Of a DNA stretch of 64,000 bases, positions 57,064 to 64,000 are shown piece by piece. Both the position numbers and the translations under genes were made by a program. Numbering within the stretch: position 1 is the stretch's first letter; each line of letters opens with the position of its first letter. The stretch covers positions 308 to 64,307 of IMG/VR virus record IMGVR_UViG_3300017971_000295, one strand, 5' to 3'. The notes below the pieces were generated by a model. That model saw only the letters and a program-made list of their open reading frames with translations, was not told where the DNA came from and did no database searches. The DNA comes from a virus. Taxonomy: Duplodnaviria; Caudoviricetes.

Positions 57064-57214
57064 TAATTTTATCACCATATTTGCCGTACCTGTCGGTATT
57101 TTTATTGGTGGGATAATAGGCGTCGCTATTTTTATACTTGGCAGACCGTTAAATTGGATAGTTTCTAAAATATTTCCTGTGAGACAAACAAAAAAAACGG
57201 TGGACACACATTAA
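57038..57214 (+). CDS. Small membrane protein
   Basis: Hydrophobic IFAVPVGIFIGGIIGVAIFILG. Confidence 0.5.
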   Translation: MRFLKNSLDNFITIFAVPVGIFIGGIIGVAIFILGRPLNWIVSKIFPVRQTKKTVDTH

Positions 57215-57528
57215 TGTACGAACAACTAGAACGAGAATTAACAGAAGCCATAGACCGCGCAACCGGCTATGGACAAAAGCAGCATGGGAACGGAAAAGAT
57301 TTCCAGGATCAACCCATATGCGAAGCGCAAAGAATGTTTGGCAAATCGCAAATGGGGCCTGCTTTATTTCAAATCTGGAAAAAAGTCATGGAGATACCAA
57401 AATACGAACACGACAGGCCAGAAAAAGCTCTGAAGTGGCTTGATGACATTATTGTGTATGCCGCCGCCGCCAAAGTTGTGTTACGTGAGGGGATAAATAT
57501 TGAATGTCAGCCATCATCGGGAAAATAG
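57214..57528 (+). CDS. All-alpha NTP pyrophosphatase-like phage protein
   Basis: G...HG....F.DQP, Q..KK, DIIVYAAA pattern; family inferred. Confidence 0.45.
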   Translation: MYEQLERELTEAIDRATGYGQKQHGNGKDFQDQPICEAQRMFGKSQMGPALFQIWKKVMEIPKYEHDRPEKALKWLDDIIVYAAAAKVVLREGINIECQPSSGK

Positions 57529-57749
57529 AGTTTGACCTAACAGACCCACATGCCGCTCGAATGCATGAGCTGGCTGTAAAATATATTGATGCGTATCTAT
57601 GTCTATTCAATGTAGATCAAGCCCTCAGAAGCGTTGTGAAATACGATTCATTCCGAAGTGAGGAGTTTATTAGGGGAGTTGAGCACGCAAGGGATTTATT
57701 ACATAATTCCATAATAGAGAAGGGAATCGATTTAGACGAGATACCGTAA
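57504..57749 (+). CDS. Conserved phage hypothetical protein
   Basis: IEFDL...DQALRSVVKY motif. Confidence 0.55.
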   Translation: MSAIIGKIEFDLTDPHAARMHELAVKYIDAYLCLFNVDQALRSVVKYDSFRSEEFIRGVEHARDLLHNSIIEKGIDLDEIP

Positions 57750-57770
57750 CTCGAATGTGAGGCAATATGA

Positions 57771-58577
57771 ATGAAAATTCTTATAGCTGGAGATATGCAC
57801 ACGGGTAGTCTTGCAGGGCTAAATCCTCCTGCATATCAATCAGGGCCAAGGGATAAAGTAAGAAAACAAATGAAAAAATGGGTATGGTGGCTCGAATTAA
57901 TAGAGCATCATGGCCCCTTTGACATGCACATAAACACAGGAGATGTTATAGACGGATTAGGGGTAAAAGACGGAACGGAATGTATTATTCCCGATCCCAA
58001 CAGGCAAATTGAAGCCGCAATTGAGTGTATCAAAGCAATCAAAGCCCCTGAGAACTTATTTGTGGCCGGCACAAGGGCGCATACCATCACAAGAGACGGT
58101 CTTGAAATGGATAAAATGGTTGCCAACGAATTTAAAACAGCCAGAACACCTAAAAATTTCAAGGGGCAACTATTTATTCATATCGATGTTCCCGGTCATA
58201 AAGGATGGGAACTCAATGTCAGACATGCTCCTGGTTCAAGGTCAGGGGTTAAATCGACAAGAGCGATGCCTATCGGGAAAGAGCGCGACGCCAATGTCGA
58301 ATGGCACAGGAGAGGGCAGGAGCCGTTAGGTGATTTGTATTTCAGGGGGCATCTTCACTATTCTTATAACGCCGGTGTTCCTGGAAGGTGGCAGGGTTAT
58401 ATTTTACCAAGCATCCAAAGTCCTGATACTAAATATGGCAGAATATTATCAAGAGGAACAGACACAGGCGCAGGATATTTAACGATTACTAAAGATGGAG
58501 ATTGGCCTATATGGACACCGATACCGTACCAAGAAGAAATGGTGGAGGTTTTACAGTATACGATTCCGGCGACGTAA
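57771..58577 (+). CDS. Calcineurin-like metallophosphoesterase
   Basis: GDMH, GDVIDG, GTRAH, RGHLH. Confidence 0.85.
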   Translation: MKILIAGDMHTGSLAGLNPPAYQSGPRDKVRKQMKKWVWWLELIEHHGPFDMHINTGDVIDGLGVKDGTECIIPDPNRQIEAAIECIKAIKAPENLFVAGTRAHTITRDGLEMDKMVANEFKTARTPKNFKGQLFIHIDVPGHKGWELNVRHAPGSRSGVKSTRAMPIGKERDANVEWHRRGQEPLGDLYFRGHLHYSYNAGVPGRWQGYILPSIQSPDTKYGRILSRGTDTGAGYLTITKDGDWPIWTPIPYQEEMVEVLQYTIPAT

Positions 58578-58807
58578 AGCTACCATCAAAAACCTGTAAT
58601 AAATGCGGAACAACCTACACCGGCAAAGAAATAGCCACCAATTTTGCCAAGCGCAGCGATGCGTCCGATGGATACCGTAGCGGATGCAAAGCATGTGATA
58701 ACGAGGCTCAACGTGATCGGCGGCGGAAAGCAAAACAAAACGATATGGTGCAGGAATCATTAGATAGGGTGATGGAAAAACTTATTCGTGAAAAACTTGG
58801 TTGGTAA
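58502..58807 (+). CDS. Zn-finger protein resembling HNH-endonuclease N-termini (start uncertain)
   Basis: KTCNKCG...F......DG....CKAC. Confidence 0.55.
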   Translation: MAYMDTDTVPRRNGGGFTVYDSGDVKLPSKTCNKCGTTYTGKEIATNFAKRSDASDGYRSGCKACDNEAQRDRRRKAKQNDMVQESLDRVMEKLIREKLGW

Positions 58808-59055
58808 TGGCCGAAATAAAACACATATCAGACTATATATTTTCACAGAACAACATCAAAGAAACCATTGAGAAAATTGGTGAATATATAGACGAAAACG
58901 GTCTGCCAGAAAGGATGGCTGTTTTGATCGTGTACCAGGGCGAACCTTTTGTGCTTTGTGGGTCAGAAAATAGAAACTATGATGTTCCACAGGTTGCCAT
59001 GGACATGCAAAGAGTGTTGAGCGCAATCTATGCGGATGATTATGAATATGAATAG
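58807..59055 (+). CDS. Hypothetical protein
   Basis: TAATG coupling; last rightward gene. Confidence 0.55.
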   Translation: MAEIKHISDYIFSQNNIKETIEKIGEYIDENGLPERMAVLIVYQGEPFVLCGSENRNYDVPQVAMDMQRVLSAIYADDYEYE

Positions 59056-59096
59056 CGCCTCAACACTACAATCGGCAAAAGCAATCCAAGGAACAA

Positions 59097-59597
59097 TTAA
59101 AAAGCTCTTTCTGAAGCGAGGCCCCAATACTTGAACATCAGGGTTCTCAGCATAGCTATGATGCCTTTTTCGGTCTGCTTTTGGCCGTGAATCCGTTTTG
59201 GTTTCTGGACCTCAACGAAATTTAATTTGTGAGCATAACTTTTGTCGATATCAACCAAAATCAGACCGGCATAATCAGGAATACAAATCGGAACAGCTTC
59301 TAAAGGCGCAACATAGCTAAAATAATTTGGTATCCTAATTTCCTTCCAATTAACTGAGGAATAATCCCTTCTTAGGCTATAGTGTTTCCTTTTCCTGAAA
59401 TCCGCCTTAAAATCCTGATGACTGATCTTGATTTCGTATTCATACATATAAAAAGATTTCGTGATACTTATGAGGTCGGCTTCCCAGTAAAGCCATGACC
59501 AGCTCACATTGGGGATCACACAATACTGTCCTCTGCGCATTAATTCACAGTGCAGGGCGTATTGGATTTTGGTTTCATCGAGGGGGTTGGTTGTCAA
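59097..59597 (-). CDS. PD-(D/E)XK nuclease-like protein (MmcB-like)
   Basis: EADLISI...EYEIKISHQDFKAD...PDYAGLI. Confidence 0.75.
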   Translation of the reverse strand: MTTNPLDETKIQYALHCELMRRGQYCVIPNVSWSWLYWEADLISITKSFYMYEYEIKISHQDFKADFRKRKHYSLRRDYSSVNWKEIRIPNYFSYVAPLEAVPICIPDYAGLILVDIDKSYAHKLNFVEVQKPKRIHGQKQTEKGIIAMLRTLMFKYWGLASERAF

Positions 59598-59716
59598 TTA
59601 TTATTCCTGATGTGATGGTTTCATAGGATGTTCATGGTTCGGGACCGACTCTCGCCGGCCCCTTCAATATCAATTTTAGAAAGTTATTAATTCTACCGCC
59701 ATTTTTTATCTAAAGG

Positions 59717-59905
59717 TTACGCATCACCTTCCTTTACCCACCTCCCGCCACTCTGTTGAGGATTATCGATTTCAAACATCGTATATTTTGTTCCACAGAC
59801 CCCGCATTGCCATTCTCTGCCGATTGACATTTTCTTGACGGTGGCTTTGCATTTATTGCATGTCACTTTGTACCATCCGGATTTTGTTTGCTTGGCGGTT
59901 ATCAT
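59717..59905 (-). CDS. Zn-ribbon protein
   Basis: CNKC and CGVCG. Confidence 0.55.
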   Translation of the reverse strand: MITAKQTKSGWYKVTCNKCKATVKKMSIGREWQCGVCGTKYTMFEIDNPQQSGGRWVKEGDA

Positions 59906-59906
59906 T

Positions 59907-60257
59907 TCATTGCCTCAAATCAACGCAGTAAAAGTTTTCCTCGATGTGCTCCAACCTTTTCTTGAATGGCTTTATGCCGAAAAACTTTGCAAAACCACTG
60001 CAATGAAAACGCAACATTGAACAATCTCTCGATAGGGAATATATTTCATTCCCCTGTTTATTTACAAAGTTCATACCAATTTTCTGCCTTTCTTCGTCAA
60101 AAAATACTTCGACCCCCTTATATTTAAAAAGGTTGTATTTTTTGGCAGCGGCAGTATTTAAGGTTAATTGTCCGTCTTTGTTCATCCTAACCATCGGATG
60201 GCCAGATCCCCCGCCCATGCGATTTGTGTACTTAGTAAACCCGTTTCTTTTTGACAA
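59907..60257 (-). CDS. Hypothetical protein (start uncertain)
   Basis: 3' part of the 59907..60404 ORF; VEVFFDEERQKIG. Confidence 0.5.
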   Translation of the reverse strand: MSKRNGFTKYTNRMGGGSGHPMVRMNKDGQLTLNTAAAKKYNLFKYKGVEVFFDEERQKIGMNFVNKQGNEIYSLSRDCSMLRFHCSGFAKFFGIKPFKKRLEHIEENFYCVDLRQ

Positions 60258-60525
60258 TTTTCTTCCCCCTAAAACCACCAACACTGATAGCGTTTGGAGT
60301 GGCTTTCCGATTTTGGAAATCTCGCAATATTTTGGCGACAATGACAAGAGCCGTATCAGTATCGATCTGGAATCGATACGCAGTGTAGATTGATAAACAC
60401 CCAAGGAGTCTATAATCTATGTCTTCATGGTCCCTGGGGCTGTTGTCATCGCTGGTAGATTCCACCCTGATATTTAATAGCCCTATAGCGTCGTATTTGT
60501 TTGGAACATCAAAACGCGATATCAT
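60232..60525 (-). CDS. Hypothetical protein
   Basis: SD AGGAGG upstream. Confidence 0.5.
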   Translation of the reverse strand: MISRFDVPNKYDAIGLLNIRVESTSDDNSPRDHEDIDYRLLGCLSIYTAYRFQIDTDTALVIVAKILRDFQNRKATPNAISVGGFRGKKIVKKKRVY

Positions 60526-60684
60526 CTTTGCCTCCTGTCAAAATGCAACCTTTCCATTTCTTTTTGTGACACTTGAAACATTCCTTGAATAGTGGTACTG
60601 CAAAATCGTCCATAAAAATTCATCTCCTATGTGGTTTTTTGTGGGCTTTGGGGTAACGAGGTGGTGGCTCACTCCGTTACCCCT

Positions 60685-61080
60685 TCAACTAAAAGGGATG
60701 TCACCGTCATCATCAGGTTCAGGGGCCGATGGCTTCTGGTAGTCGTTTTGAGACCGTTCGCTTTTACTTCCAAGCATAAGCATCTGACCGGCAACAATTT
60801 CGGTTGTGTACCGCTTGACTCCGTTTTGGTCTTCCCATGATCTGGTTTGCATTCGGCCGGATATAAATATTTGCTTGCCCTTGGTTAAATATTGCCCCAT
60901 AATTTCAGCAAGATTTGAAAATGCCACCACTCTTACCCATTCTGTATGTTCAGTTTCCTTGTATTTGTAACCTACTGCCATCGATAGATTCGCTACTGCC
61001 ATTCCTGACGGCGTATATTTTACTTCTGGGTCTTTCCCGCACCGTCCAATAAAGTTACATTGGTTTAGATCATTTGCCAT
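60685..61080 (-). CDS. ssb: Single-stranded DNA-binding protein
   Basis: LNQCNFIGRCGKDPE, TEW.RVV, GRMQTRSW, acidic DDGDIPF tail. Confidence 0.95.
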   Translation of the reverse strand: MANDLNQCNFIGRCGKDPEVKYTPSGMAVANLSMAVGYKYKETEHTEWVRVVAFSNLAEIMGQYLTKGKQIFISGRMQTRSWEDQNGVKRYTTEIVAGQMLMLGSKSERSQNDYQKPSAPEPDDDGDIPFS

Positions 61081-61363
61081 TGTTCAAATACTCCGTTAAA
61101 TATTGTATGATTAACATTTCAGGGTTATATCCCCGCCAAAAGGTTTCCCTGCCCTTATTGTGGCGCTCTACATGATGCGGATGACAAAGAGGCAAACATT
61201 GACTGTCAGGACATTTAATAGCCAATCCACCTTTGCCAAGCGGCTCATGATGCGGATCACAGGGCGATTTACCGCATATCACACATGGATGACTGCTTAT
61301 CCATGTTCGATATTTTTTACTGCGCATTACTTTGTGTTTCGGTTGTGGCCTGTAATAATTCAT
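61070..61363 (-). CDS. HNH-like phage protein (DUF968/DUF3310-like)
   Basis: RSKKY..WI...PCVICG...DPHH...PLCHPHH.E.H. Confidence 0.75.
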   Translation of the reverse strand: MNYYRPQPKHKVMRSKKYRTWISSHPCVICGKSPCDPHHEPLGKGGLAIKCPDSQCLPLCHPHHVERHNKGRETFWRGYNPEMLIIQYLTEYLNNGK

Positions 61364-61399
61364 TTTGTTCCCTATCCTATGTGGTCGATTGGTTCCATC

Positions 61400-61627
61400 T
61401 TAAAGCTCCTCAATTTTTTTTATAGCTTGATCAGCAAGGAAACAGACATTTCCGGTCAATGTGTAGATTATTTCACGTACCTGCAAATCCTGAATTTTGT
61501 CCAGACCTTCCAGGGAATAGTCAGTGACCCGATTGACGATCTCAAATGCCATCTTTTTATCTGCCCTGCCCTGCGGAGTGTCCATCTCCCGCACAACTTT
61601 TTTTATGGTCGTGTTTATTGCGTCCAT
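61400..61627 (-). CDS. Hypothetical protein
   Basis: In leftward operon. Confidence 0.5.
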   Translation of the reverse strand: MDAINTTIKKVVREMDTPQGRADKKMAFEIVNRVTDYSLEGLDKIQDLQVREIIYTLTGNVCFLADQAIKKIEEL

Positions 61628-61908
61628 TTTTCAAATCCTAATAACGATACTTTTAGTATTCCTTGTAAAACAAGAGACCCAATTGTCAATTTGTGCCATT
61701 GCCTTGCTTTAGATTCAAGCTCCCACAATGGATAATCGTCATAAATTGGCTTATTGTCTTTGGATCTCCTGTAGTTGTTGAGTTTACAGGTTACTTTTGT
61801 GTTCATGATATTATCTATGTAAAAATCAAAAGCTTCATCGTCGTCAAGCAGTCTACCTTTGGATTCTATTGTATTTAAAAACTTTTTTTGTTTATGGTTG
61901 AGTCTCAT
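61615..61908 (-). CDS. Hypothetical protein
   Basis: In leftward operon. Confidence 0.5.
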   Translation of the reverse strand: MRLNHKQKKFLNTIESKGRLLDDDEAFDFYIDNIMNTKVTCKLNNYRRSKDNKPIYDDYPLWELESKARQWHKLTIGSLVLQGILKVSLLGFEKWTQ

Positions 61909-61917
61909 ATTTAGTAC

Positions 61918-62166
61918 CTATAATGTCTGATTATACTCCAAATATTCCCAACACTCTTCTTCGAGGTAGTCTTTGTGGTTTTTGAAAATCCATGATTTTA
62001 CGTCACCAGGAAGCTCTATGTCTTCGATATCGATAGACGGTGGACACCCAGGGTAATAAACTGTTGGTCTTTCCCTTCCTTGGTATTTAAATTCAACCAT
62101 GACAGGGATCTCTATCCACGTTTTAATTTTGTGGTTGCTCATTAGTTTCTCCTTCCTTCCATTCAT
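61918..62166 (-). CDS. Conserved small phage protein
   Basis: YPGCPPSIDIE motif. Confidence 0.55.
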   Translation of the reverse strand: MNGRKEKLMSNHKIKTWIEIPVMVEFKYQGRERPTVYYPGCPPSIDIEDIELPGDVKSWIFKNHKDYLEEECWEYLEYNQTL

Positions 62167-62169
62167 CGA

Positions 62170-62565
62170 CTACACATTGATGATTTTTCCTTCTTGAGCG
62201 GCTTTTCTGAGAACCCACTCGATAAATCTTTTCTTTTCACTAATTGGGAGGGTTGACTTGTCGGCAAAGACGTGGGGAACTTTTCGATAGATTCCTTTTT
62301 TGTCTGGTTTGATTTGGAAAAATACGATTTTAAGTTGCCGATGAAACAAGAGATTTTCGTCAGGGTCATATCCTAAATGCCTCGCAAATTCTGGGAGAAT
62401 GGCGGCAAAATACATTTTTCGCATCGGGTCTGATTTTGTTTTCTGCTTGCGGGTAATCTCAAGATTAAGAACAGTTCCAGGTTTCCACTTTTTGCAATAT
62501 TCATTAACAAGATCCCACCGACATTCGAGTTTACGGTTATCATCTGTTCTGGCTACAAATTTCAT
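62170..62565 (-). CDS. NinB/Orf-like recombination accessory protein
   Basis: Size, motif layout and position between exonuclease and SSB. Confidence 0.55.
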   Translation of the reverse strand: MKFVARTDDNRKLECRWDLVNEYCKKWKPGTVLNLEITRKQKTKSDPMRKMYFAAILPEFARHLGYDPDENLLFHRQLKIVFFQIKPDKKGIYRKVPHVFADKSTLPISEKKRFIEWVLRKAAQEGKIINV

Positions 62566-63176
62566 CTCATTGCCTTCAACTTTCGTACCATTTCATTCAG
62601 CCCATCGCAAAAATCATCAAGCATTACTTTCATTTTTTTGATGTACTCAGCATCCGGCAGAACCTTGACTATCAGCGGCTTAATGCTCGGATAGTGGCTA
62701 TGAAAATACCAGTGAGACAGACCAGTAACAAGTAACGATCCCTGCACTTGAGCGATATATTCCGTGGGAAGCTTGCCACCTAATAAATATTTGATATGAG
62801 TTTTCATCTTGGGGCATTTGATTTCAAGCCCGCCACCATCGGAGGTAAGACCATCAGGAGAGCAGTGGAAACGCTTATTATCATCGGGATAGCACAGCGC
62901 GACCTGTCTAACTGTCAAATCGGTCTCCCACTCAAATTCGTCTCTTGCGTCCTGCTCTCTCTGGTTGCCGATTTCCATATGGTGATTAGTGTATCCTGCC
63001 TCTGATTGACCTGATATGATTTCGCCGGCCAATTCCATCATGTAGCCCTCGGCGCTCTTGCTTGGCTTACCTGTCGCATTGGTAATTATTTGATCGAAAC
63101 TTGAAGCCCCTGGGTTGCCAAGCCTGGCAGCGAACCATTCATCAGACTGTTGCTGAAAGTCATCAATTACTATCAC
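62562..63176 (-). CDS. YqaJ/lambda-type exonuclease
   Basis: QQSDEWFAARLG...ASS, CSPDGL, GLEIKCP, Y..QVQG. Confidence 0.93.
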   Translation of the reverse strand: MIVIDDFQQQSDEWFAARLGNPGASSFDQIITNATGKPSKSAEGYMMELAGEIISGQSEAGYTNHHMEIGNQREQDARDEFEWETDLTVRQVALCYPDDNKRFHCSPDGLTSDGGGLEIKCPKMKTHIKYLLGGKLPTEYIAQVQGSLLVTGLSHWYFHSHYPSIKPLIVKVLPDAEYIKKMKVMLDDFCDGLNEMVRKLKAMR

Positions 63177-63951
63177 GCTTTTGCTCCAATTTTTTGATTG
63201 CGGTTTCGTACATTGTGGACGGCATCTTGTCCACGCTTTCGATCTTCATATATTTGCAAAAAGCTTTTTCATTTGCGTCTACTTCTGCGATCAGACTTTG
63301 AATGTCTGCAAACTGTTGATCGGTAATGTATTCAACAGGACTCCCCGCTGAATTTCCATCGTCGTCAGAACCTTTGTCTGTTGTAGCAATCCCGGTAACA
63401 GCTTCAAATGTCGCTTTTCGTAGATAGGTAACTGTTGACTTTATTTGTTGTAAAGGATTCTTTGAGCCAGATGTGTCAGGTGGGCCAAGCAATGTTACCT
63501 CTTGGCTATGTCCCAATTCGTGTGTGAGAATACAAGTAACAGCTAATCCACCTTCCACTTTTGGGAAATCAAAACTTGCCTCAAGACCATGCTTTGACAG
63601 AATAGGATTGACGGTATTTAACAGGGAGTCCTCAGAGGCATATTTTGATTCGTACTGTTTATTCATTTTATCTCTGATGACTTTAAAATCTTCTTTTTTG
63701 AAGGCGCTTTTCGCTTTAAAGTACGCCTCTTTAGCCTGTTGCTGTTTAACTTTCAGATCAAACTCAAACATCCTCTCAAGCACCTCAAGTTGATCTTTCC
63801 CCATGCCCTTTCGAACCGCTTCCATCATGATTTCATTAGGGCTTGCGACTGCAGGGAGAATGTCGTTTTCCGGATGATCCGTTTCCCATCTCTTAAAACC
63901 CGCTTCTTTTGCGGTAGGCAGGTTGTCAAATTTCTCTTGTGCTTCGGTCAT
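63163..63951 (-). CDS. erf: ERF-family single-strand annealing recombinase
   Basis: SKYA, ILTHELGH, QQIKSTVTYLRK, DDDGN. Confidence 0.88.
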   Translation of the reverse strand: MTEAQEKFDNLPTAKEAGFKRWETDHPENDILPAVASPNEIMMEAVRKGMGKDQLEVLERMFEFDLKVKQQQAKEAYFKAKSAFKKEDFKVIRDKMNKQYESKYASEDSLLNTVNPILSKHGLEASFDFPKVEGGLAVTCILTHELGHSQEVTLLGPPDTSGSKNPLQQIKSTVTYLRKATFEAVTGIATTDKGSDDDGNSAGSPVEYITDQQFADIQSLIAEVDANEKAFCKYMKIESVDKMPSTMYETAIKKLEQKRDSN

Positions 63952-64000
63952 TTTATCCTCCTGTTATTTCTGACAAGTCGGAAGAAATTCCATGTCTTCC

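Larger units (their letters stand above)
1..64000. mobile_element. Tailed dsDNA bacteriophage genome (podovirus-like), near complete, circularly permuted
   Basis: Terminase, portal, scaffold, capsid, adaptor, nozzle and ejection genes in canonical order plus replication and recombination modules; no host housekeeping genes. Confidence 0.95.

Noticed and set aside
59600-59716. GC-rich hairpin in an intergenic gap, possible tRNA or ncRNA
   Set aside because: Single stem only; no cloverleaf or T-loop consensus
1-64000. Genome-wide stop-codon reassignment (prompted by the TGA at 54787)
   Set aside because: Long genes are intact in the standard code and many end in TGA with ATGA coupling
63952-64000. 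Direct circular join of window end to window start
   Set aside because: No terminal overlap; the end holds the 3' tail of a different upstream gene (...EDMEFLPTCQK stop), so sequence is missing between them

Overview
The window is most of a tailed dsDNA phage genome with podovirus-type morphogenesis (P22-like portal, adaptor, nozzle and ejection proteins; no tape measure), infecting a bacterium with sigma70-type promoters and probably a diderm envelope (Sec and lipoprotein signal peptides). Both ends lie in leftward early genes, which fits a circularly permuted, nearly complete genome. Order: divergent promoter region and Cro-like HTH gene (1-800); a C4-like antisense RNA ahead of an initiator-like gene, SF2 helicase and Zn/TOPRIM primase; an iteron array; resolvase; a C5 methyltransferase with an overlapping second frame; a leftward DUF3560-methyltransferase island; TerS-like gene, HNH, TerL, portal, GroES, scaffold, capsid; a five-gene glycan-modifying cluster; two paralogous adaptors, fibre, nozzle and ejection proteins including a 2177-aa polyvalent protein with an ADP-ribosyltransferase-like domain; seven consecutive genes at the tail-fibre position that all start with Sec-type signal peptides; a separately promoted unit with a possible UGA-readthrough ORF and a lipoprotein ClpP-like protease; holin-like genes without a recognisable endolysin; and a leftward ERF/YqaJ/NinB/SSB recombination module. 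No integrase, CI repressor, tRNA, CRISPR array or reverse transcriptase was seen. The most unusual system is the apparently exported fibre set (43966-54388). All calls come from reading motifs by eye; no database searches or folding programs were run.
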